Position numbers and translations under genes: made by a program. A stretch of 55,696 nt of DNA, counting the filler, from Catajapyx aquilonaris (lineage: Eukaryota): the NCBI GenBank assembly GCA_000934665.2. It is 3 parts of 3 records of this genome, joined end to end, with 100 filler letters (N's around TTAATTAATTAA, not from the genome) between each part and the next. Parts side by side here need not be neighbours in the genome. Positions count along the whole stretch, not along the records: positions 1 to 18,553 come from JYFJ02006688.1; 2 more parts are not named here. One strand, given 5' to 3'. A model generated the notes under the pieces. That model saw nothing but the letters and a program-made list of their open reading frames with translations, was not told where the DNA came from and did no database searches. Shown one piece after another: positions 1 through 12,239 of this stretch (position 1 is its first letter; each line of letters starts with the position of its first letter).

Positions 1-184
1 CGTCGCCTAACTTGGCCAGGTGGCCAGGCGGCGCCACTCTCGAACAGACCTCGAATTTTTTCCGACTTTCGTCTCTTCCCCTGACATTACCGTTCGTGTC
101 AGAGATAAACGGATGGTATCACCGGAATCAGGATTTTTTGCCTGATTTTTACAGATCAATTTGTATTTTGAGTGGAGTGTCCCT
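1..184. mobile_element. Right end of a TTAA-flanked (Kolobok-like) MITE, same family as 51282-51989
   Basis: Ends in ...GAGTGGAGTGTCCCT|TTAA, identical to the terminus at 51975-51993. The internal ATTACCGTTC and TCAGGATTTTT segments are also shared. Confidence 0.75.
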
Positions 185-1754
185 TTAATGTGTCGTTATA
201 TATGCAAGTAGGTTTGACTTTAGGTGTAACTCTGGCATATGCCAACCGCTTAGATGTAACGAGGTCAAACCCGCGGTTAACAGCGTACCCTCAGTGGTGC
301 AACCGGTCTTTGCATCTGCAACAATATTTGAACACCATTTTTTTTCCCCCTAGCACACTTTAAAGCTTTAAAACGAGTCCCAGAAACTCCCCTGAACTCC
401 CAACACAGGATTGCATTCGCTCTCGGTCACATCAAAGAGGGGGTGTAAACAACCCCCCCCTTCCGACGTTGCCACCTAGTGCAAACAAATAACCCCCTCC
501 CCTGCAAGTAACCCTTGTGTCACAACCACTTCAATCGCATGGACTGAGAGAAATGTTGCCATCGCATCATTGATTCCTCTGTAATTTTTTTTTTCCAGCT
601 CATTTTTTGGGCAGCCATTTGTTATTACACGTTACGGTAAGCGCCATACCTGGTTCTGATCAGCAGGATTGGAAGGAGGAAATATTGCTTTGCTTCTTTT
701 TTTTTTGGTTCTATTTTTAGATCAATGTGGAGGAGTGGGGGGAGGAAAGGTGAATAAGAGAGGAAATTGGCATGTGGAGAGAGAGTGTGTTCGGCTGCCG
801 GTTTATGAGGCTTTTGTGATCGATCATGGTTGGGTCCGGCTTCCAAGGCCTTTAAAGGGGACGCTGCTCTGTACTATAGTTGTGTGGCTTCTGTTTGTGC
901 CTTTGTGGTCGTTTTTAAAAAAATAAGAAAATTTGAGGCGTGTCCTGATTGCAGGGCCGGACCGGATCAGGGCCATGGATTGAGCATTCAAGGTCACCGT
1001 TGGCAGGGTGGGGTGCGCACCCACACACAGCACAAGCAGCGCACATAAGAAATAATTAAGACACCCGGCCCAAAGCCATCGAGACAAACCACACTTGCAA
1101 TATTACAAGGCAACTAATGAATATTTTGTCGAGATCCCTGTAAAAAAAAACTATGAATATTCTGGAAAACAATATTAATGTGGGTGCATATATCAAATGG
1201 AAAGCATAATCACATGAAGCAAAAAGCAATCGATATCAAAAACTCCTGTGTCCAGACCTTCATCTCTGGTCTCTTCCAGTCCCCCCCTCAGTCAGACTCG
1301 ATCCGTCCAACATCTGTCGCGGTTATAATTCCAGATCTTCCGCTTACAGATGGCTACATCTCCGTAAGAGGAGAAAAAAATCGCTCCCAGTGAAGAAGGA
1401 GGGGCAAAAAAGAGAGAGAGAGAGAGAGCCACTTTCAGCTCTTTTTATTCCGGCTGACTTCTCATCGTGGCTTCAGAAGGGGTACACGGTCCTCCTCTCT
1501 ACCTCTCTCAAAAAAAAAAAAAAGAAAAAGAAAAAACCTTCAGTGTACCTGAATCCGCTAATTGCCTCTCCACAATTTCCTTTTCCACGTGCCCCTCAAG
1601 CACGCTGGCCTACTTTTCGAGCACCTGATACCAAAAATTCACCGACTGCAAAAGCAGGTAGAGATATTTTTTTTTCCCCTTCCTTGGATCAAAAGTTTGG
1701 CATAAAATATATATATCCCCCCCCCTCCCACATTTTTCGCCAAAATAATCATAT

Positions 1755-3180
1755 GCAGAATTGACTAGGCGTGACTCTGTCACTACACGCGTTGACGCAT
1801 CACCTAGGTGCATGTACCTGTAGTTTCCCAACTTCCCTCATTAGAGCGGACACAACAGGTTCACTTTCTTTATCGGTCAGAGGTTTGAGACACACTTCAT
1901 GCCATATACTACACAGAATTGGCTAGGCGCGACTCTGTCCCTACACACGTTGACTCATCACCAACGTGCATGTAGTTTCCCCCACTTTCACCTTTAAACA
2001 ATGAGAGGGCACAACCGATTCACTCGATCTGTAGTGGCCAGAGAGGTTGGGACACACTTTAGCAGAGTGGTGACTCAAAATTTTCACTACTAGTCCTATC
2101 AAGGTCCTATATGCTAATGCCCTTATTCTCTCTGTCTGCTTATATGTCCATGTTGACTCATCGCCTAGGTAGTGTAGTTACACTATAGTTTTTCACTTTC
2201 CATGTTCAACAATTAGAGGACATATAGCGGTCAGAGAGCCACTTCAATGGAGGCTGGTTATATAGCACCCTGGTGGGCTTTGTCCGCCGGGTGACTCATC
2301 ACCAACGTGCATGTAATACTATTTTCCGCCTGAGAGCGGCAGTAGTGTGCAGAGAGAGAGAGGATGCGTGCCATCTGTTGGGTCAATAAGCAGTTTTGCC
2401 CAAATTTGACAACGAATCCGCTACTAGTTCACTAGATTCTGCGCATTACCACCTGGATAACCCTTAGCAGATAATCCGCAAACACCTGACGCTATATTAA
2501 ATCCCTACCCAGTAAATCACAGCACCACTTTAAACCTGTGCAAAATCTAGGACTACATAATTCACCAGGTGGCACATGTTGGTCTCCCCCAAAAAGACGT
2601 CCAGTCTACCCCCAAAAAGAAGTTTTTTTTTAAAAAAAAAAGGCTGTGCCAAAAACCTCTGCGGCCGCAAATAAGGCCCATAAATCCTGGGGCAGGCGAG
2701 AGCAAGCATAAGTTTGGGAGGGGGCGGTCTCTGGAGAAAAGGGGGGGGGGGGGTTACTATACAGAGGGGGGTGTAAGGGTTTATAAGCCTCACACCCCCC
2801 ATGTCGTATGATAAGCCCCTTGGAATAAAGGAAGAGGCTTATTACAGGGCAGGGAGTAAAGGAAAATGTTGGCTCACAAAGATCATTAAGCCAAATATTC
2901 ATAAACTTGGTACGCCCTTCTGGGCCTGATTTATAGAAGAAGAAAAAATTATTCCATGCACTATTACTGCTTACTACCGAAGCCATAGTAGAATCAATAT
3001 CATAATACAGAATTGGCTAGAAGTGACACTGTCTCTATCACCAATGTGCATGTAGTTACCACTTTCTCCATGGCATGGCCGTAGTGTGCGGAGAAGAAGC
3101 AGTACTACGTCCAAATGGGGAGCGAGCTGGGCAGTGTTGCCAAATTTTGGCAATGGGTTCACTACTCGAGTCCATGGTGT
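1755..3180. repeat. Degenerate repeated modules (core CAGAATTGGCTAGGCG..ACTCTGTC...TGACTCATCACC..GTGCATGTAGTT)
   Basis: Related copies start at about 1756, 1914, 2152, 2291 and 3008. A second module (GTAGTGTGC...GCAGT..TGCCAAATTT) occurs at about 2340-2430 and 3080-3170. Confidence 0.6.
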
Positions 3181-4164
3181 GTGGATGGTTGCATAAGAGC
3201 TAGGATAAATTAGTCGAGTAACGAGCAAAGCAATTGACACCTCTACATAAAATGATCCGCTGTACTCAATCAGTTTGCTTGAGTCCATATGAAACATGTT
3301 GTGGATTAGACGGAGGGTGAACAATTGAATAAAAAGAGTTGCGTCTTTGTCCATCACGTGACATAACCTGTTTTCCCATACCCATGGAAGTTCAAGCCCT
3401 ATGATGACCCCCCTTCAGGTCACAGTAATTGTCGCACATGGTCATTTATTATCGAGCTACTTTTCGCTCATGAATAGTTGGCCTCGACTAATCTTGACAT
3501 TCATAGTAGTTTTCCTCACCCCCGTTTTCAAGTCTCTCTTGAGAATAAGGTACCTAAAACTTGTAATATAAAAGAAGAAGCAAAAAAAGTTTCGAAGAAT
3601 AGCACACCAACCATCCCTCCAAAAATGACACAAAAAGAGAGAACTATTTCCTTCTAACCAACCAATGGTGATGTACAGGAAGCACAAAAGGTTCTTTTTT
3701 TTTTTGACTAACTTTGACAAACAGGTAAGATGAGGGGGTGGGTAAGGGAGGCAGGTGGAGAGGGGGAAGGGAAGGAGGGGAGAGTGGGCTTTTCATCTTT
3801 TTCTCCCCCCCCCCCCTCTGCAAAATGTCAATAAGGAAGGCGCCTCGTGCACTTCAAAGGAGTACGTGATAATAAGGAAGGCGGTGCAGAGAGAGAGAAA
3901 GAGAAAAAGAAAGGATAAAAAGAAAGTCACAACATATTCTATAGCTTAACTCTTTCATGCACATCCTATACAGTTTGCGTATTCTTGTCAATTGGTTTTT
4001 ATTTGTACTGTCTCATCATAATAATCTTATTGCTAAAACTTGGCAACACTGTGCACTTAGTACCATATCTCTCACATAGATGGCACATCCCTCTCGCTCT
4101 CTACACAGCGCTGATGACTCACCCCGGACAGAGGGACAGACCCAATCCAACTCCGAATAAAATA

Positions 4165-4970
4165 TAATTTACAAGTTATTGTAATATTTTCACTTATTAC
4201 CTACTTTATTACATTAAATAAAAGTGATAAAGTAATAAAATAATGAATTATTAAAATAAATCATATTACAGCATACAATATAGTTATTTACTTAACCATT
4301 ATTTAATATTTTGTTACTTCATTTGGATTTTATTTATTCAGTCATCATTTATTATTTATTCATTAGTTGTATTAATTTATAATACATTATTTCATTACTT
4401 GTGTATTATTTTTGAGATTATTTTATAGTATATGAATTCATTACTTATGGATTATTAAATTTTTTATTAATCCATTATGACTGTATAATATTATTTTTTT
4501 ATTAATTTAACATCTGTTATGTTTTATTTTTTATTGATTTATTATTTGTATTTGTATTGATTTATTATTAGTTATTTTTATTAATTCATCGTTTTGTTTC
4601 ATTTTTATACACTATAATTATATTACATTTATGTAACATGCACTGCATAAATAATATAATAGAGTATATTATAATTATATACTTAACAATAGACATTGTT
4701 ACTTTAACATTTTAATTTCCTATCTTATTACATTAAATATTATTTTATAATATGTTATCTATTTGGAATTTTTTAATACATAGTACATTAGATTACATAC
4801 TTATCAATAGGCCTACTTATTTCATACCAACAACGACAACATAATATTTATTTCCCAGCCCAAAGGTTTAAACAACGTGAGTGTGTATTATATACGTATA
4901 AATTCTATGGAAGTTATTATTTCATGTTATTTTAACATTTTCATTTCTTACATTTATTTACTTACTCTTT
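4165..4970. other. Extremely AT-rich low-complexity tract
   Basis: Almost entirely A/T, with no ORF of 60 aa or more in the track. Confidence 0.7.
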
Positions 4971-5249
4971 ATGAACTAGCTGGTGTTAACCAAGCCTCAG
5001 TCGACACCTTTTGCGAGGGTGCCTTTGCCCTGTGGCGGTGCAAAAGGTGTTGAGTATAGTTATTAGCAAGTTCGATCCCAGAGCCTGGAATGTGCTGCGG
5101 AAGACTGAATTTATTGGCTCCCAAAGACTTGGGGAGTCGGGGAAGGGGGAGACGGTTCGATGTACTACAGAAGCCCGACCAAAGTTGGCCTAACTGCTTA
5201 ATCCCAAGGGTGAAACCTCCTTTGGGGGGGGTGGGGGTGAAGCCTTAAT

Positions 5250-5656
5250 AAGGAGGGCTTCCACCATTCATTTTAATTATGGCAGCGGGGGGATCTTAAA
5301 GTGTGCCTTAAGTTAACAGGAGGAATAATAGAGCAGGGCAAAAAGCGGTTTAATGCAAAATGGAGTGAGTTCAGGTGTGTCGAGCCCAAAAAAGCACAAG
5401 GTTAACATCAGCACATGAGGATCTTAGTTAATTGGTGGTAATAACATCGTTTGCGGGATTCAAGTCGCAAACCTGTCGAGATTCCAGGTTACGGTTAGAG
5501 CAGCCGGAATAGCTTAGCTTTACTAAAACCGCTGCGATCAAATTGTGATTAACTATTCAACAAGTCTCTCGGGGCTATTTACACACTGGCAAGTAAACTG
5601 GACATGGTTCGCTATTCAGTCATTGCAAACATCATATTACGCTTGTAAATTCATTA

Positions 5657-5692
<36 letters not shown>

Positions 5693-5785
5693 TATTATTA
5701 TTAACTAGTACAAGTAACTGATTCGAAGGATGGTCCACACTTTTGAGAGTAAATAAAGGAGGAAAGGTCAACATTGTTATATATA
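5250..5785 (+). pseudogene. Possible heavily decayed Helitron/PIF1-type helicase C-terminal fragment
   Basis: Frameshifted motif echoes occur in the expected order: GLPP (GGGCTTCCACCA about 5255), GL-NG (about 5348-5365), TINKS-like (ACTATTCAACAAGTCT about 5552), FSH-like (about 5614) and NIV (AACATTGTT about 5770). An (ATT)n run interrupts them. Confidence 0.35.
5659..5702. repeat. (ATT)n microsatellite
   Basis: Read directly from the sequence. Confidence 0.95.
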
Positions 5786-6812
5786 TCGCTGGCAACACAA
5801 TTTGAAATGTTGCATAACCATTGTTGTGCAATTGCACAGGAAACAGTGTCAATCACTGTGACACGATAAAAGCAGGTTAAAAGGTGGAATTTTTTCGTTG
5901 ATATTGTTATGAACGAGTGTGGAAACTTTTTCCTTTGTTATTCATCTCTACGTAAACAGAATCTACATGTCAAAAGCTTGATATCGTACATTGCGGTCAC
6001 ACATTTAACGAGCATATGAATTTATTATTGTCATTACCTTTTTTTAAAAAAGAGCAGTTTAGTCCGTATTTTCATTGCAAACGCAACATTTACATCACTA
6101 ATCGTTGCCTAAAACAATAAAAAAAAATGCTACAATTTAAATAATATTACAGTTGTTGAACGCATTTGGTTTATTACATGACAAAAAGCACAGTACAAAA
6201 AAAAAGGCGCTGGAATCGCATGGCTTCTGGACACACAGTCGCATGTCCTTACACACCTGGAGTTTCCTCCGGTAATTAATAAAAATGCTGCTGCGGTTGG
6301 ATAATAATCTCTACATTTCCTGCCATGCTTTTTAAACGTTTAAGATGCAGATGCGGTTAAAATCAAACCTATAGTTATTACACCCATAAGCTCGAATGCA
6401 ACTTTTGATGCTCACACATTTGCATCGCTTTGTTTATACCATGCATCGTCAGGTCATAACATTACACTCATTTTTGGGAAACCCTATTTACAATCTAATG
6501 GCCGGCAATTACATTGTACAAAAAATGCATAAACAACGGCACACTTTCTACTGACGAAACTAGCGCAGTGTGCATCACGATTTGCCTTCAAAGAAATGCG
6601 ACAGACTAGCTTAATTCGAGTTGAACGTTTCATTTTTCTTACAAGCCGCAACTTTTCCGCCTCAGTTTTTAATTAAACGATTCGTCTTGTTAGGCATCCG
6701 TATTAACCAAACAGCAATAATTGTTGAATATTTCTGTGTACATGTTTATCGAATTAGTCCCTATCGTTGCTTGCCACGAACATAAATCTTTTTAAAATGT
6801 ACCTCGTGATGC

Positions 6813-6884
<72 letters not shown>
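6813..6884. repeat. (AAT)n microsatellite
   Basis: Read directly from the sequence, about 24 units. Confidence 0.95.
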
Positions 6885-6885
<1 letters not shown>

Positions 6886-7660
6886 GATGTCATGATGGCA
6901 TATTTAAAAATGTCAGATCTAACGCTTAATTATGATACAAACTTGAAACATAAAATACAGTAACTGCCCAAAAATGTAAAGAGCAAATGCTTACTTGTAC
7001 TGAGGAGAAAACACTGAAATAAAAATTAATAACGAAAGGGTTGGATAACCTAAGACAGTTTTTTTAATTTGCACGAGGCATAAACTTAATGAAAAAAATA
7101 TATATTTCCTAATGTCTACATTTTTAACTTCATATTATCGAGCCGAAATTAGTCACAGCCGCAGCTGTGTTAACGAAAAATAAAACGCAAATGAAAATAG
7201 ACATCATGATACGTCTCTTTACGGCAGGATGTGTCTGCGGAGTTTCGACGGCCTGTATTTTACTGACAGTATACAAACCAATTAGTTACAGGCCATAAAA
7301 ACATTGACAGACACCGACGCAACTTTTACATTCACCAAACGAAGAAAAAAATAATTCTAAATCCAACTTCTTAATTTAAAAAAATCTATGCCAGTTACTA
7401 AGATCTCGGCTGGGCGAATGAGCTTGTATGTGTGCTACTTCATTTTGCGGAAAGCAGACTTTGTTGTGTCATACGAGTTGTAAAAGGCTCACGTTGGATG
7501 CATAGTAAGGGCTTGAAATCTAACGTTTTTAAAATAGTTGTGAAGTTCAACCGCTGTTACTGGAATTACGCTTTTCATGTAATGTGCGTTATCATCATTT
7601 CTGCTCATTGCGTCGATAAAAAATAACTAAGTGCAACCATAATTCAACCAACCGCATGGA

Positions 7661-9693
7661 TCACCCTGTACTCTCCTCCTCCTTGCTCCCTTCTCCTTTT
7701 GACCTCTGACCCCCTTTTGACCACCATCCAACCAACATATGATCCTTAGGGGTGCAACCAGGGGGCATCAGCTTCATAAGCCGGACCCTGTACCCTACTT
7801 CCCGCATCCCAATCAGGCGGTCGCTGTCCACTATCTTCATGCACCGCTTCCCTTGCTCAGTCTTGATCCCGTTCTCCCCGTGGGTCTGGTCCGCAGCGTG
7901 GGCTAACGTCAGGTACTCCTTCAGGCCGATGCGAGAGCGGTACCTGAAGCGGCAACTCCGCGGGTAGGGGACCTCCAGGCTGCTTCGGACCGCTCCGTAG
8001 CAGCATGGCGACACTACGAAGGCCGCACAGGCTTCCTTGCATCTGGAAAAATGTGTTTGTCAAATCGGGTACGTTAATGTCGTACGGGTACGTACCTGTG
8101 CAGAACAAGATCAGTTGCGGTCCCGCATGCATGTAGCGCAACCCCGACTTCAAACGCTCCCTGGTAGTAGCTCAGATTGCTCTGGTAAAACCGAACGTTG
8201 GTCAGCCCCAGTCGTCCGGACCGCGACTTCGCACCGGCCATCGATTCCTCCTTGTTTTCCACCAGTACGACTTTAGCCCAAGGCAACAGATGGGCCAGAA
8301 TCAAGCCGACATGCCCGCCACCGGAGCAGAAGTCGACAATGGTCACCTCCGTTTGCTCCTGCTTTTCCTGCAGCTTCTTCTTCTTCTTGCGGTGGCATTC
8401 GGCAAGTCCTATAGTCGCCTTGCACATTGATTCAAGCTGGCCGCATTTCCGCTCGAGACGACTGGCCGGGAGGCTTCCCCCTTTCGGATGAACCTCCGGC
8501 GGCATCAGATCCCACCTCCATTGCTGCTGCTCCGGCTGGGTGAACCCCAACAGAACATCATCATCAGGAGCACGCAGTAAAGTCTCCTCCACTTCCTGCT
8601 GACGTGTGAACAGTCGGCTTCGAGGCTGGTATCGCTTCGGATCACTCTTGTACAAGCTCTCATTCGGAACAATGGGAACGGACAGTTCTTGGCTGCCGAC
8701 CGCTGCCGTTGGGACCATCCGAAGCACCTCCATTGCACTGCAGGCGTACGGAGACTTCCGCATCGTTGCGAGCCACTTGCAGACCAACGGAAGATCGGCT
8801 GATAACCTCTGCGGGCCGCCTTGATGCCTCATGCTAATTTCAACACACGGCAGCAACATGACGTCAGACAATGTTAAATCAGGTCCCTCTGCATACGTGT
8901 GCTGTACGTCATGTTGTACTTGCAGCTTGCGACGGCCGTTTTGGCTCCCCGAAGCGGAACCTGCAGGCTGTGCATATTTCACATCCTGAGTGGCATCATT
9001 CGCAACGAATCCACTCTGAGGAAGACCATCTTGGACGGTTACGGGATGGCCATCTGAGTTTTCCTTCCCGCAATTTGCTGAAAAATTGTAGCCTTGCTCA
9101 CTGTTTGATACACTCCCTTTTTGCAGATCCCCGTTCTGGTCTTGGTTGCCATTCAGCGCACGCTCTTCTCTGGCGCGCACCTTTCCCACATTATGAACCC
9201 GTACGGGCTGCTCCAAATGCCTCTCAAATCGCACCAAATCGGCCGGTACAGTTCCACCGTTAACATGCAGGCGTCTAACGGCCTCCGGGAAATCCACTTC
9301 GCAAAAATGAGTCCATGTTGACACTTCCGCACAGGCCGACAAGCAACCGCCTCGGAATCCAAGAAGCTTCAAGGATCGCAGGTTAGCGCAACGTTTGATA
9401 ACGCTTCTTAGTATGGCCGCTAATCCGGCAACATACTCGTTGTTTCCAACCTTCAACACTGGAAATCGACAGTCAAGAATGTCACAGTCGACAGCACTTA
9501 TTTGAAGCCTGTGCGATTCGAACGGGACAACCGCAACGACACCAGGCTCCTCGCTTTGATTGCAAACTAGCGTCGGTTTAACATCAGCACCGCAATAATG
9601 TAACGCAAATATTGTGACTGCCGACTCCACCGGCATTCGTATTCCATGGCTACCAGAGTGGTCGTCCCACACTTCGACGTACAGCTCCATCAT
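7661..9693 (-). CDS. GSTCD: Glutathione S-transferase C-terminal domain-containing protein (GST-C plus class I SAM-methyltransferase domain), 659 aa
   Basis: Exons 9693-8096 and 8042-7661, with a 53-nt GT-AG intron giving LHR/CKEACAAFVVSPCCYG. Motifs: VAGLAAILR, LLGFRGGCLSACAEVSTWTHFCEVD, FERHLEQPVRVHN, YAEGPDLTLSDVML, SLYKSDPKRY, IVDFCSGGGHVG (SAM binding), VALHACGTATDLV, PCCYG, CTPKDHMLVG. Confidence 0.95.
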
Positions 9694-9699
9694 CTTGGT

Positions 9700-11816
9700 T
9701 TAGACTCCCGAGGCCAACTGTTGCTCGATACGTCGCAACACTTGACCTTCCAACTGCCGACGCCTCACGGAAACAATGCCGGAAGACAGGAAGGCAACGG
9801 TAAGCATCAGCGTCTCAAGCAGCCAGAAGTTCCGTTCTTCAAGCCAGCGGACTTTCTTGCAGCTGCAAATCACAAGTTGATCAATCCGGCTACAACATTG
9901 CCGACACAACAATACCTTCGATAGACCTGCCCCGACTTCTCGCAGTTGACCAGCTCTCGGAAGTTAGTCTCCGCACAGCTCGGCGTTATCTTATTCTTGA
10001 TGTCAAACTCTGGGAAATGAAACGTTTGTCATTATGTGATTTTTTTTTAAAGTTCGTTTGTTGCGACGTACCGCTGCAAGGCTGACACTCCTGGACTATT
10101 GTGTACTCCTCTCGGGTCCAGCAAAACGTGGAGTTCAACAAGTCCTTCTGCGTCTTGTTGTGTCCGTTCCCTCCAGACGTCAGATGCGACTCCAATATCA
10201 GCGCAAGTAAGGTCAGCCTGCAACGCAAGTGTGTGTAGCATGTACTCGCAATTCATTACGTAAAATGTACTGTACATATTAGTTCGCCTCATCAGAATAT
10301 GCTTTTATCTTCATAAAAATAGGCTGTGACCTCACCAGAATGTGTGAATATACTTTTAGCTTATTGGAATATGCTTCTTATCTCATCAGCATATGCAAAT
10401 ATGATTTTATCTTACCAGCATATGCAAATATGATTTTATCTTACCAGCATATGCAAATATGCTTTTATCTTACTAGCATATGCAAATATGCTTTTATCTT
10501 GATACCTTTAGCTCTTTAGATTGTGCTTTTTATCCCACCATAATATACAAATGGTTTTATCTTGTCATAACGTGCAAATATGCTTTTATCTCATCATATG
10601 CTTGTGCCTCATCAGAATATGGGAATATGCTGTTACCTGATCATAATATGCAAATATGCTTTTACCTCGTCATAATAAGCTTTTTGCCTCATTCATAATA
10701 TGCAAAAATGCTTTTAGCTCATCAGATTATGTGTTTTATCTCATCATAATATGCAAATATGCTTTTACCTGGTCATAATATGCAAATATGATTTTACCTC
10801 ATTCAGAATATGCAAAAAATGCCTTTAGCTCATCAGATTATATGTTTTATCTCATCAGAATATGCATATATGCTTTTACCTGGTCATAATATGCAAATAT
10901 GCTCTTAGTTCATAAAAGTAGGCTTTTATCTCACCAGAATATGCAAATATGCTTTTAGCTTTTCTGAATATACTTTTGACTAATCAGAATATGCGAATGT
11001 ACTTGGCACTCATTGGGACATTCTTTCATCAGAATATGCAGATATGCTTTTAGCTCATCAGAATGTGCCGTTGCCTCATCAGAATATCCCGTTGCCTCAT
11101 CAGAATATGGAAAAATATAAGGGTGTTTCCATGTAACTCTGTAAAGACTTTCAGGCGTAATAGAGGGGACTAAGACAAGTATTTTTGACATAGGAACCCG
11201 TGTCCGGAATCGCCATCTACAGAGGGGGTTCATAGACGAGGAACGCGGGAGGCGCTAGTCAAGCGGACTGTTTTGTTGATAGATGGCGCTCGGATAGTAA
11301 CCAACGATGCGATGTGCCATAACCTGGCGACAACAGAGTCATCTAGCAACTAAAGCCCGCCTCCTAGGAGACGCGCGGATAGTCAACAGCGGTTCTGTTG
11401 TTGCCAGGTTATGGCGTATCGCATTGTTGTTTACTTACAACGACGCGATACGCCATAACTTGGCAACACCTGCTCGCCATCTAACTCGCTTAGCGCCTCT
11501 CGCGTGACGCGTCTGAGAGCACCCGTTCCTTGTCCAGCCAGTTCATGAAGCTGCGGAAATCTCTTGAATTACCCGCAAGTTATCTGAAGGCCTATAAGAC
11601 GCACCCCAATTTCAAGCAGATCATATTAAGTTAAAAGAAAAGGTTTGTATTATTGTATTTTCACATGAGGGCGATATTTAAAGCCATTTTTTGAGGGTGG
11701 GGGAAAGTTACAGGAAACACTCTTTCCATCTGAACGTTCCACAAGGTCTCTCTCTCTCACCCTCCGAGAAGGGCGATGGCGAGCAGCATCCGCTTCTTGG
11801 TGCAGAACTCGATCAT
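9700..11816 (-). CDS. JTB: Jumping translocation breakpoint protein (JTB) homologue, 152 aa
   Basis: Exons 11816-11761 (MIEFCTKKRMLLAIALLG), 10217-10072 (LTLLALILE...CWTREEYTIVQECQPCS), 10009-9916 (FDIKNKITPSCAETNFRELVNCEKSGQVYR) and 9862-9700 (SCKKVRWLEERNFWLLE-TM-RRRQLEGQVLRRIEQQLASGV*). All introns are GT-AG with consistent phases, total 459 nt. The hydrophobic N-terminus, 6-Cys ectodomain, TM segment and basic tail are typical of JTB. Confidence 0.93.
10285..11110. repeat. ~29-30 bp minisatellite (consensus CATCAGAATATGCAAATATGCTTTTATCT) in JTB intron 1
   Basis: More than 20 degenerate head-to-tail units, 9 of which contain a perfect ATGCAAAT. Confidence 0.9.
11118..11540. mobile_element. 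Tc1/mariner-type MITE fragment
   Basis: 11120-11245 is the reverse complement of 19610-19740, which ends in CACCCTGTA. Internal inverted repeats (GCCATAACCTGGC / GCCAGGTTATGGC) are present. Confidence 0.7.
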
Positions 11817-11973
11817 CTTCCTCTCTCTCTCTCTGGTCAGCAGCAACCCCAACTCATCGCTGGCCTCGAAATGGGCCCCCCTCGATCGGAAGTGGATGAA
11901 AAAGAACTCCAAAAAAATAAATAAAAGGAAAATAATCAAAATGTTCCGAACGTGAAGGGGGACATCTTGAAAC

Positions 11974-11983
11974 GTGACGTCAC
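11974..11983. promoter_or_regulatory. CRE/ATF palindrome GTGACGTCAC about 160 bp upstream of the JTB ATG
   Basis: Perfect TGACGTCA in a CpG-rich patch 5' of JTB. Function is inferred from position only. Confidence 0.45.
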
Positions 11984-12239
11984 TCGGAGTCGGAGGGCCG
12001 AAAAGGCCGCAACAGCTTAGAAAAAAACGGCTATGATGTGTAGCCGCTACTTTTTAATGGCTACTGCGATCGCATGTTGACATGTACGGTACTGTAAATC
12101 AGGAGAAAAAATATATAATTTAAAATCGGTATTGTAATCATGAAAATAATGTAATCATCTAATTAAAATATTTCCCGCATTCCTAGGTAATGTAGCTCAT
12201 TTTAATCAACAACGTACATTCTTTTTTCCAAATTCCATA

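Noticed and set aside
172..4167. Short ORFs with poly-K/F/P/G runs
   Set aside because: They arise from homopolymer-rich, probably error-prone sequence and show no recognisable domains or splice structure.
4165..4970. Mitochondrial control region/NUMT
   Set aside because: Only AT-richness supports it; no mitochondrial tRNA, rRNA or CDS was recognisable.
10285..11110. CRISPR-like array of ~30-bp repeats
   Set aside because: The units are head-to-tail and degenerate with no unique spacers, lie in a spliceosomal intron, and have no cas genes nearby.
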